Positions 27,953 through 36,848 of a DNA stretch of 64,000 bases are shown one piece after another. The DNA is from Deltaproteobacteria bacterium. Its GTDB lineage: Bacteria; Myxococcota; JACRCW01. The position numbers and the translations under genes are program-made. The notes below the pieces were generated by a model, which had not been told where the DNA came from, ran no database searches, and worked only from the letters and a program-made list of their open reading frames with translations. Within the stretch, counting starts at the first letter, position 1; each line of letters opens with the position of its first letter. The DNA lies in contig JACRCW010000161.1 of assembly GCA_016218805.1 (NCBI GenBank), positions 1 to 64,000 on the forward strand, written 5' to 3'.

Positions 27953-28966
27953 TCAGTGCACGCGCTCCGGGTCCGTGAACACCTGGTCATCCGCGGCAGG
28001 CGCATCAAACGGCGCGGGTGCCGCGCGCGGGGCCGGCAACAGCGTGACGTCATCCACCAGCGGGAGCTCCGCGGACGCGCGCGCCAGCGCCGGGGCGGGC
28101 AGCGCCTCAATCTCCGGGGCCACCAGTGCCTCCAGCGAGCCCATCACCGGCAACACCATCTGCGCCGCCCGCGGGTGCGCCTCCGCGGGGCGGAAGCGGT
28201 GGAACAACGCCTCCTCCATCATGCCCGCCGCAATGGTGGCCACCAGGAACACGGCCAGCGCGGTCACCGCGGGACCGCCGCGCCACAGGTGCCACGCCGC
28301 CACGGCGGCCCAAGACGCCAGCGTGAGGCTTCGCGTGCGCCAGCCAAAGCTGCGGAACACGCGCCACCGCACCGGCAGCGCCACCAGCGCCGCCAGCGCG
28401 GCCACCGTGGTTGCCACGGCTTTCACGGACGCCGGCCCGGCGCGTTCCGCCACGGCGGCCGCGGACAGCGCCAGCACGGCGCCCGCGCCCATGGACAGCG
28501 GCAGGCCCAGGTTGTCCCGCAGGCCGGCGCGCGCCAGCACGCGGGCGCGCAACGCGCGGTAGAGCACCACGGCCACCCAGCCGGCCACCAGCAGCGCCCC
28601 GGCCGGCTGGATGCCGCCCACCGCACGGCGCAGCGCCATGGCGGGCACCAGCCCCGCCACCACGAGCCACACCACCAGGCCCAGGTCACGGATGACTTCG
28701 GCCCCGGCGCGGTTGGTGCGCGAGCCGCCTTCCGAGAAGCCCTCCAGCAGCAGCCCCAGGCACCCGGCCCATGCGGCCCATTGGGTGGCCTGCACGTCGG
28801 TGCTGTCACCCAGCGCCAGCGCGGTGACGCCCAGTGCCACCGCGGACGCCAGCCACACGCCGGGCGCGCCGAACACGACGGCCAACGCCAGGTGCGCTTC
28901 GCGCGCTTTCAGGGCGGTCCCGCGTTCCTTCTGCAGCCTGAGTGAACCGATCTCGTGGTGGGGCAT
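27953..28966 (-). CDS. Hypothetical multi-pass membrane protein
   Basis: GGAGG RBS before MPHHEIG; about 8 hydrophobic segments. Confidence 0.7.
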   Translation of the reverse strand: MPHHEIGSLRLQKERGTALKAREAHLALAVVFGAPGVWLASAVALGVTALALGDSTDVQATQWAAWAGCLGLLLEGFSEGGSRTNRAGAEVIRDLGLVVWLVVAGLVPAMALRRAVGGIQPAGALLVAGWVAVVLYRALRARVLARAGLRDNLGLPLSMGAGAVLALSAAAVAERAGPASVKAVATTVAALAALVALPVRWRVFRSFGWRTRSLTLASWAAVAAWHLWRGGPAVTALAVFLVATIAAGMMEEALFHRFRPAEAHPRAAQMVLPVMGSLEALVAPEIEALPAPALARASAELPLVDDVTLLPAPRAAPAPFDAPAADDQVFTDPERVH

Positions 28967-29036
28967 CAGCTTGCCTCCGCGTCCCGTGGGGTGATCGGTA
29001 ACAGGTGGGGCCGCCGCGCGTGGCCGGGCGGGTGAC

Positions 29037-29972
29037 CTACGACGATCGCCCGGTGGGGGCGGGTGCGAGCCACGCGGCGACGGCCGCGGTGACGCTGTCA
29101 CCGGTCTTCTCTTCCTGGTCCAGCCAGATGGGCGAGGAGTTGCACTCCAGGAACACCAGGCGCCCGCGCGGCGTCCGCCGCAGGTCCACGCCGGCCAGGA
29201 CCAGGCCATTGGCGCGCGCCCACGCCACCGCCGCGCGGCGGATGTCCGCGGGGAGGCGCACCGGTTCATAGGTGGCGCGGCCGGCCTGGTAGGCGGCGCT
29301 ACCGCGGAAATCCACCACGGGCGCGCCCGGCAGGCGCAGCGCGCGGCAGGACAGCACGCGGCCGCCCAGCAGGAACAGGCGCACGTCGTCGCCGGGGATG
29401 CGCTCCTGCAGGATGACCGGGGAGGCGCGCAGCGCGTGCAGCGGCTCACGCGGGCCCACCACGCGGGCCAGCGCGCCACCCGAAGCGGGCTTGGCAATGA
29501 CCTGCCGGTGGCGCCGGATGAAGGCCCGCGCCGCGGCGGGGTCATTGGTGACCCGCGTGCGCGGCAACGGGACGCCCAGGCGCTGACCGCACAGCAGTTG
29601 CTGCAGCTTGTTCTGGGCAAACCCGCCGGGCCCCGGCGGGTTCAGCAGCCGCACGCCGCGCGCGTGCCATTCCAGCAGCAGGCCGGTGACCACGTCCGCG
29701 CGTTCGCGCGCCAGCATGAACGGGGTAAGCCACCGCTCCGCCACCAGTGCACGCCCGTCAGCGCCGGGACGCAGCGGCGGGAAGGTGGAGGGGAGGGCGC
29801 GCACATAGACGGCGGCGGGGAGCGGCGGGCGCGCGGGGTCCAAGGTGAACGGTTCACCGTGGGCCAGCGCGGAGACATCCAGCAGTTCCGCCCGGCCGCC
29901 CAGCGCGCGCGTGACGGCGCGGACCTGGGCGTCACCCGGCGGACCCACCAGGACCACGCGTCCCGGGCGCAC
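29037..29972 (-). CDS. RimK-like ATP-grasp ligase
   Basis: NKLQQL, PRTRVTNDP, IAKPASGG, LQERIPGDDVR, GVDL, FLECNSSP. Confidence 0.88.
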   Translation of the reverse strand: MRPGRVVLVGPPGDAQVRAVTRALGGRAELLDVSALAHGEPFTLDPARPPLPAAVYVRALPSTFPPLRPGADGRALVAERWLTPFMLARERADVVTGLLLEWHARGVRLLNPPGPGGFAQNKLQQLLCGQRLGVPLPRTRVTNDPAAARAFIRRHRQVIAKPASGGALARVVGPREPLHALRASPVILQERIPGDDVRLFLLGGRVLSCRALRLPGAPVVDFRGSAAYQAGRATYEPVRLPADIRRAAVAWARANGLVLAGVDLRRTPRGRLVFLECNSSPIWLDQEEKTGDSVTAAVAAWLAPAPTGRSS

Positions 29973-29979
29973 GCGCGGC

Positions 29980-32454
29980 TCAGGCCACGGCGGGGTGGCG
30001 CTTGCGGTCGCGCCAGACCCACCACAGGCCCAGCGCGGTCAGCGCCCAGCCCAGCCACGTACTGAAGCTCAACCACCGCGTGTAGAACGCGCTGGCCTGG
30101 TCGGACTTGGGCAGCAGCGCCATGCGGTCACCGCTCATGCGGAACAGCGTGCCGTCAAAGGTGTGCCAGTACGGGAAGTACGAATAGTTCAAGCGGTACA
30201 GCTGACCCGGCTGCAGTCCGCTCACGGAGAAGGACTGGTTGTTGCTGCCCCAGCTGAACGCGGGGCTGGCGGCAGCGGCAGGCGGCGCGGCGGTGTCCGG
30301 GAACTTCTTGACCAGTTCCAGCTTGTTGAGGAACTTGCCCACGTCGTCAAAGTCGTCAATTTCCGGGTTGTGCTGGTACCAGGTGCCGTAGTGCCGCATG
30401 GGGTAGGGCGCGTAGTAGTCAAAGGAGACCAGCCGCGGTGGGGCGCCGCCGGCGGCCACCACGGACGCCTTCATCTTCTCAAACGCGGACTCCACGGAAG
30501 ACGCCGAGCCGTGCAGCAGCACCACCTCCACCTGCGGGGGCAGGTCGTCACCCGGCTTCACGGCCAGCACTTCGTAGTTGGGGCTGAGTTGCTGCTTGGC
30601 GTAGAAGTACAGTTCCACGTACTTGAAGGGGACGTTCCCCTTGAGGTCCGCGTAGGCCACCACGTGCTTGTGGACGGGCGTGACCACGGGCGTGGGGTGC
30701 TCCTGCAGCTTGAGGATCTTGTACAGCCCAATGACGACGGGTTCGCCGATGGAATACGGCTTCATCTTGTTGAAGAACTCATCCCCGCCGGCCACCACCC
30801 AGCTGATGCCGTATTCCTTCATCTGCGCCACGCGCGCGTCATCCGTCAGGTCCGTCACCGACGGGTAGAGCAGCGGGCCGTTGTAGCTGTTGGCTTTCAG
30901 CTGGTTCGCCGCGCCCATGGGGAAGTGGTAGGCTAGGCTGGACTGCACAAACAGGCCATTGATGGCCTCATGCCCGGTCTCCCGCCACAAGGACGTGGAC
31001 ATGAAGTGACAGGAGAGGAACGGGTAACGGCCGTAGTCGCTGAAGTACTCAAACAGCACGCGGCCCTTTTCGGGCTGGTTCCGGAAGAAATCCAGCACTT
31101 TGTATTCATTGGACAGGTACGCCTTGTTGGCGGTGGCCATCACCTTGTCGCGCTCATTGTGCGGGAGCGCTGCGGTGGTGATCCAGCACAGCGCCATGAG
31201 TCCGCCGAACACGACCTGGTAGGCCGGCAGCATCCAATCCGGGCGCCCCGGTGCCAGCGCGCTGCGCAGGTAGAACACGGTGGCGGGCGTCAGCACCACC
31301 AGGGCGAACAGCATCATGTACGCCATGAACCGGTAGTAGTGGAAACCCATGGGCACGCTGGTGGCGATGAACCCGCTGGTCAGGATGCACAGTCCCAGCG
31401 CCAGGAACGCGGCAAAGGTGACCAGCGTGGTGGAGCGGTGCGCGTGCCGGTGCGCCACCAGGCTGGTGGCCAGGAACACCAGCGTGGGTTCGGTGGCGCC
31501 AATGAGGACAAACTGCCCGTGGAACACGTCCCGCAGCACGCGGAAGTACGCAAAGAACGGGTAGCGGAAGAAGACCTCAAAGAAGTCACCCTGCGGGCGG
31601 TGGATGTCCAGGCCGGTGTAGGAGGTCAGGAACGCCGCCATGGGCAGCACCCAGAATGCCATCAACAGCGCGGCGATGGCGTGCGCCTTGATGATGTCCC
31701 AGCGGCGCTCGCGGTACCAAAGCAACGCCATGAACGCGATGTAGAAGCTGAACACCGCCGTCATGGTGTGCGTGAGCAGCAGGATGGCAAACCAGATGGC
31801 GGTCCAGCGCACCTCGTGCGGGCGGCCGTTGCGCAGCAGGCGCGTCAGGCTGCCAATGTGCATGATCATGAAGTGCCAGCCAAACGCCTGGCTGAACAGC
31901 CCAATGTTCATGACGGCGGCGGCGCCGATGCCCCACCACTGGTAGTCATGGTTGATGAACCAGAACGAGAACGCGCAGGCGGTGAGCGCCGTCCACCAGC
32001 GCGCGCGCTGCACGTGCTCCGGGCGGTGCTCCATGATCTCTTCCACCCACGGCCGCACCGCCCAGATCCACGGCAGCGGCAGGGTCATCATGGCCAGCAC
32101 CAGCAGCAGGTGGGAGGACAGGCGCACCGGGTCCGACGAAATCAGCGTCAGCGGAACGGAGAGGATGGCCCCCGCCCAGTGCACCAGGAACGAGTAGAAC
32201 TGGAAGGCGGCATATCCGGTGAAACAGCTGATGTCATAGAACGTGTAGCCCAGCGTGAGCAGGTTGCTGCGCAGCCCGTGCATGGCCTGGATGTGGCCCG
32301 GCAGGTCCACCGCGGCAATGGGCTCCGTGGAGAAGTAGATGCGGAACCACCACGCCATGAAGGCTACGTAGACGAGGTACACCACCGGGGTGGGGTCCCA
32401 CGGGAGGCGGGAGGAGGGCCCGGCGGCAGCCGGCGTGCTGGGTTCTGCGCTCAT
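29980..32454 (-). CDS. Large membrane protein, PTPS-related/GT-C glycosyltransferase-like
   Basis: DLPGH near the N-terminus, FTGY..FQFY, about 12 TMs, periplasmic domain, YSYFPYW, C-terminal TM. Confidence 0.75.
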   Translation of the reverse strand: MSAEPSTPAAAGPSSRLPWDPTPVVYLVYVAFMAWWFRIYFSTEPIAAVDLPGHIQAMHGLRSNLLTLGYTFYDISCFTGYAAFQFYSFLVHWAGAILSVPLTLISSDPVRLSSHLLLVLAMMTLPLPWIWAVRPWVEEIMEHRPEHVQRARWWTALTACAFSFWFINHDYQWWGIGAAAVMNIGLFSQAFGWHFMIMHIGSLTRLLRNGRPHEVRWTAIWFAILLLTHTMTAVFSFYIAFMALLWYRERRWDIIKAHAIAALLMAFWVLPMAAFLTSYTGLDIHRPQGDFFEVFFRYPFFAYFRVLRDVFHGQFVLIGATEPTLVFLATSLVAHRHAHRSTTLVTFAAFLALGLCILTSGFIATSVPMGFHYYRFMAYMMLFALVVLTPATVFYLRSALAPGRPDWMLPAYQVVFGGLMALCWITTAALPHNERDKVMATANKAYLSNEYKVLDFFRNQPEKGRVLFEYFSDYGRYPFLSCHFMSTSLWRETGHEAINGLFVQSSLAYHFPMGAANQLKANSYNGPLLYPSVTDLTDDARVAQMKEYGISWVVAGGDEFFNKMKPYSIGEPVVIGLYKILKLQEHPTPVVTPVHKHVVAYADLKGNVPFKYVELYFYAKQQLSPNYEVLAVKPGDDLPPQVEVVLLHGSASSVESAFEKMKASVVAAGGAPPRLVSFDYYAPYPMRHYGTWYQHNPEIDDFDDVGKFLNKLELVKKFPDTAAPPAAAASPAFSWGSNNQSFSVSGLQPGQLYRLNYSYFPYWHTFDGTLFRMSGDRMALLPKSDQASAFYTRWLSFSTWLGWALTALGLWWVWRDRKRHPAVA

Positions 32455-32507
32455 GAGGGGCGGGACATGAATGCGGCGGGGCGCGGCATGTCAAGAGGGC
32501 CGGGCCG

Positions 32508-35500
32508 TCAGAACTCCCAGCGGTACCGCAGGTCCCCCCCGGCATCCCCGTACTGCTGCAGCGACGAGGCGCGGTCCCAGACCAGCCGGCCGGAGAAGTG
32601 CTCGCTCCAGCGCTTCTCCAACTCCACGCTCTGGTCATTGGTGTTGCCGGATGGGTCCAGGATGGTGCTGGTGAGGCGCAGCCGAGTGCCCGGCCACAGC
32701 TCCGTCCCCACCACCAGCGCGGGCACGCTGCCCTGCGCCGCGCCGGACGCGCGGCGGGGCGTGCGGCTGGTCAAATAGAACTCGTCCACCACCTGCTTGG
32801 GCAGCGCGCGCCGCACCTCCTTGTCCACGCCGGTGGCGCGGGTGACAAAGTCCAGCCCGCCCGCCATGGCCACCGCCCCGGACGCGCTGGTCCCCTGGTT
32901 CACATCTCCCTGCGTGAAGCCAAACAGCACCAGCGACAGCACGTCCACCGCGGGCAGGTCCGGGCGGGACCACATGCGGATCCCGCGCTCGGCGGACAGC
33001 TGCTCCACCGGTCCCTGAACCTCCACCCACACGTCATAGCCCTTGATGCGCGAGCGGGCCTCCACGTCCACGTTGACGGCTATGCGGGTGCGCTCCGTGA
33101 AATCCGCGGAGGTGCGCCCCAGCTCAAACTGGTTGTTGCGGTACCAGGCCTGGCCGCCCAACGCGGTGAGCGTGCCAATGAGGCCGGGGCGCTCGTTGGA
33201 GCCGGTCAGGTGCAGGTCCCCGCGGAACTCGGCGTCCATCTGGTCATTCTTGACAAAGATCTTGTCATCCGCGCGCAGGTGCACGTCAAAGCTCAGCCAC
33301 TCCTTGTCCTTGGCAAACACCTTGGGGGCCAGGCGGCGGCGGCGCAGCTCCACGCCAATGCGTTCCCACTCCCAGGCGTCTGTGTAACGCGCTTCCAGCA
33401 CGTCCACGTCACCCACCAGGAGCATGTCATTGGAGGTGCCGGTCATGGTGATGGCGCCGCTCAGGCGGCTGGGCAGGTAGTCCGGCACGCGGAACCTCAG
33501 GTCCTGGAAGCGCGCGGTGAGCGTGATGTTCCCCAAGGAGAAACCGTTGAGCGCCACGTCTGCGTGGCCGCGCACCGGGCTGTCATCCAGCGTGCACACC
33601 AGCGGGTCCAGGACCACGCGGTCACGCAGGAAGCTGATGGAGGTGTCCAGGTTGCGGAACTTGTGCGGGAACCCCTCCACCACCAGCAGGCCGCCGCTCA
33701 GGCGCCCCTGTCCCACCAGCACCGGCTGGGACGCGGTACCGGAGACGGTCAGCTTGAGAGTGAGCGGGCCGTAGGCTTCACGCACGCTGTCCACAAACAG
33801 GCGGGACGAGGACAGGTCCCCGGCGAGTTCCAAGTCCAGGTCCAGGTTGCTGCCCTGCACACCGCCGCGTGCGTCCAGCCGCGCGCCCTCATCGGTGGTG
33901 AGCGCCAGTTGCTGCAGCGTGACGCGGTCCCCCGCGAACCGGAACCGGACGTCTCCGTCGGAGTGGGCGGCCAGCCGGTTGTACCCCAGCGCCACCTGCG
34001 TGAGCGTGACCTGCCCGCGGGTGCGGGAGGCTTCGCTCAGCGCGCCCTCAGCGTGGACCCGGCCGCCAAAGGTGAGCGACAGCAGGCGCGGCAGCGTGTC
34101 CCGCCCGATGAGATCCTGCGCGGGCCCGCGCTCCACGCGGCCGTCCGCGGAAAACTGCCAGGGCGGTTCCAGCTTCATGTTCCAGTCCAGCGCCGCCCGC
34201 CCGTCAAAGATGGGCCCGGTGCCGCGGATGCGCCCGCCGCCCATCACCAGGTCCAGGCCGCCGGTGCCCACCGGGATGTCCCCCACGGCCACCTCACGCA
34301 CGTCCAACCGCACCGGGCCCTGCCAGTCACCAATGGCGCCGCGCACGTTGGCATCCACGTCAAAGGTACCGGCCAGTGCCATGGGCACGTCACTGAGCGC
34401 GTCCAGGTGCGCCACCGGCATGTCCCGGATGGCCACGTCCAGTTTCACCGCGCCGTCCTTGCGGGCAATCCACCCCGCGGTGCGCCAGGAGGAGCCGGCG
34501 CGCCGCAGGTCCACGTCGTCAAAGTACACGCGCTGCCGGTCCATGTGCGCGCTGACGTGGTGGCCGTCAAACGCCTGGCCGTACAGGTCCACGGCGCCCA
34601 CGTTGAACTCCGTCTCAAACGTCAGGTCCTCCACCGTCCCGTCACCCACCGCGCCGCGCGCGTCCGCCCACCCGGAGACCCACCCGTTGACGGGCACCGT
34701 GCGCAGGTACTCCATCACTTCGCCCCAGCCGGGAGGGATGATGGCCCGGATGTCCTCCGCGCGGCCGGTGATGTTGCGCGCGGCCACGTCCACAAACAGC
34801 GTGTCCCGCTTGGTGCGCGGGCGTTTGAGCGGCTTTCCGTCCGGGCCCTGCCCCAGGTAAGCGCGCCAATTCAGGTCCGCACGTCCCTCCCACACCGTCT
34901 CCTGCTTCTTGCCCTTCACGTCGATGAACTTGACCAGCAGGTTGCGGTAGTCCACCCGTCCTTCGGCGTCACCCAGGTGGTAGCCCTCAATGGACACGTT
35001 GTTGACCTTGGCCTCCGCCCACACGTGCGGGTCCCAGTACAGCCCGCGCACGTGCACCTTTCCTGGCCCGCGGCAGGTGAGGTGGACCGGCCCAATGGGC
35101 GAGAACGTCTCGCAGTCCGCCATGCCCCCCTCCGCGGGGTCTGCGCGGCCCTCCACCCAGAACTCGTTGTCGGGGAGGTAGGGGAGGAACACGTCGCCGT
35201 GGACGGTGGTCTTGCCGTCGGTGAGCATGCCCTGGAGGAAGGAGAAGTGCTCCAGGTCAAACTCCATGCGGCTGTGGCCGGTGACCGGGGCCAGCGCCAT
35301 GACCAGGTCCTCCGGCGGCGCCACCGCGGCGTCCTGCGAATACACACGGAAGTTGGTGCACAGCGCGTCCCCGACGCCGGTGAAGAAGACCTTGGGATAC
35401 AGCGTGCCGCGGAAGTCCACGGTGGCGTCAATGTTGAAGTCCACCCAGCTGCCGGGGATGCGGATGTTGGCCATGCCCGCGGCAAACGACGCGTGGCTGC

Positions 35501-36599
35501 CCTGCGCCTGGAAGTGCGCGGTCACCTCATCACCAAACTCCACGCGGCCCGCCCCGCGGATGTCCCCGCTGGCAAAGTCACTGCGCACGTCCGTGAAGTC
35601 CACGCCCGTCAGGTCCGCCACAAACGCCCCCGCCCAGTTGCCAATGACAAAGTCGTTCATGGTGATGCCCTTGAGTTCGCCGGCACCGGTGAGCGTGGGG
35701 TGCCGCGCCCCAAACGCGGAGCGCAGATTGGCGTTGAACTCCACCGTGCCGCGGACCGGGACCAGGTCCGGGACCCAGGCGTTCACCACCGTGAGGGGGA
35801 TGTACGCGGCAATGGCCAGGTCCGCGGCGGGGATGAGCCCGGTGTGCAGCGGGGCAAAGCGCACGGCGCCGTGCAGCGTGCCGCGGATGTCGTCCAGCGC
35901 CAGGCGCGCGCCGTCAATGTCCAGTTGTTCGGGGCGCAACAGGCCTTCGCCGTGCAGCACCGCGCGGCCGTCCACGCCGTCCAGGTGCGCCTGCCGCCCC
36001 GTGGGCAGGTCAATGGTCCCGTCCTCCAGCGCAAACACGCCCTCATGCGTTTCCATGTCGCGCGCGTGGAGCACGGCGCGCGCGCCGCGCAGGCGGATGT
36101 CAAAGGGGTGCTTGGCGTCCACCTTCACCCGCACGTCCAGCCCGGACATGGCAAAGTGCTCCACGTAGAAACGGAAGAACAGGTCTTCTGAGAGCGGTTC
36201 TGCGGGGCCATCCCGGGGCGGCGGGCGCGGCACGCCCACCATCCACCCGTCCCGGATGGTGAGGTTCACGTAGGGGTCCCCCACCTCCAGCGCCGCCACC
36301 ACCACCGTGCCGGACAGCAGTTGCAGCGGTGCCAGGCTCACCCGCACGCTGGCGGCGCCCGCCAGCCGCGGCGCTCCGTTGCCGTCCACGCGGACGTCCA
36401 GCAGTTCCACTTCAGACAGCCAGGGGTGCACCTCCACGTCACCAATGCCCACGCGCAGCCCCGTGGCGCGCTCCAACTCATCCTGCACCAGCGAGATGAT
36501 GACCGCCTTGCCCTCCGGCGTGTCCGCCAGCATGACCACGCCCGCCGCGGCCGACAGGATGGCCCCGAGGAACAGCAGGATGGCCAGCTTCCGGATCAT
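32508..36599 (-). CDS. tamB: Translocation and assembly module TamB
   Basis: N-terminal TM, AsmA-like beta-taco repeats, DUF490-like end (SRPDLP..DVLSLVLFG...DLRYRWEF); real start MIRKLA; the 2166-aa ORF is over-extended. Confidence 0.88.
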   Translation of the reverse strand: MIRKLAILLFLGAILSAAAGVVMLADTPEGKAVIISLVQDELERATGLRVGIGDVEVHPWLSEVELLDVRVDGNGAPRLAGAASVRVSLAPLQLLSGTVVVAALEVGDPYVNLTIRDGWMVGVPRPPPRDGPAEPLSEDLFFRFYVEHFAMSGLDVRVKVDAKHPFDIRLRGARAVLHARDMETHEGVFALEDGTIDLPTGRQAHLDGVDGRAVLHGEGLLRPEQLDIDGARLALDDIRGTLHGAVRFAPLHTGLIPAADLAIAAYIPLTVVNAWVPDLVPVRGTVEFNANLRSAFGARHPTLTGAGELKGITMNDFVIGNWAGAFVADLTGVDFTDVRSDFASGDIRGAGRVEFGDEVTAHFQAQGSHASFAAGMANIRIPGSWVDFNIDATVDFRGTLYPKVFFTGVGDALCTNFRVYSQDAAVAPPEDLVMALAPVTGHSRMEFDLEHFSFLQGMLTDGKTTVHGDVFLPYLPDNEFWVEGRADPAEGGMADCETFSPIGPVHLTCRGPGKVHVRGLYWDPHVWAEAKVNNVSIEGYHLGDAEGRVDYRNLLVKFIDVKGKKQETVWEGRADLNWRAYLGQGPDGKPLKRPRTKRDTLFVDVAARNITGRAEDIRAIIPPGWGEVMEYLRTVPVNGWVSGWADARGAVGDGTVEDLTFETEFNVGAVDLYGQAFDGHHVSAHMDRQRVYFDDVDLRRAGSSWRTAGWIARKDGAVKLDVAIRDMPVAHLDALSDVPMALAGTFDVDANVRGAIGDWQGPVRLDVREVAVGDIPVGTGGLDLVMGGGRIRGTGPIFDGRAALDWNMKLEPPWQFSADGRVERGPAQDLIGRDTLPRLLSLTFGGRVHAEGALSEASRTRGQVTLTQVALGYNRLAAHSDGDVRFRFAGDRVTLQQLALTTDEGARLDARGGVQGSNLDLDLELAGDLSSSRLFVDSVREAYGPLTLKLTVSGTASQPVLVGQGRLSGGLLVVEGFPHKFRNLDTSISFLRDRVVLDPLVCTLDDSPVRGHADVALNGFSLGNITLTARFQDLRFRVPDYLPSRLSGAITMTGTSNDMLLVGDVDVLEARYTDAWEWERIGVELRRRRLAPKVFAKDKEWLSFDVHLRADDKIFVKNDQMDAEFRGDLHLTGSNERPGLIGTLTALGGQAWYRNNQFELGRTSADFTERTRIAVNVDVEARSRIKGYDVWVEVQGPVEQLSAERGIRMWSRPDLPAVDVLSLVLFGFTQGDVNQGTSASGAVAMAGGLDFVTRATGVDKEVRRALPKQVVDEFYLTSRTPRRASGAAQGSVPALVVGTELWPGTRLRLTSTILDPSGNTNDQSVELEKRWSEHFSGRLVWDRASSLQQYGDAGGDLRYRWEF

Positions 36600-36774
36600 C
36601 CCCGACGACGCCTCCAGGAACGGACATCCTCCCGCGCGTTCACGGACGTAGCAAACTCCCCGCCATTCACAATGGCCATGAAGTTCCGCGGCCCCCCGCG
36701 CGGGTGGGACGGAGGCCCACAGCCGGATGGGGCAGGATGACCCACCCCACGCGTTGCCACGGGGGCACACCGGG

Positions 36775-36800
36775 TGAAACCTCCGGAACGACCGGCCGTT
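36775..36800 (+). promoter_or_regulatory. ECF-sigma-type promoter
   Basis: TGAAAC-N16-CGTT upstream of the GGAGGAGG RBS and ATG at 36849. Confidence 0.5.
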
Positions 36801-36848
36801 GAAAGGTGTCCGCTGCTGGGGCCCCGGGGGGCCCGGAGGAGGTCGTCC

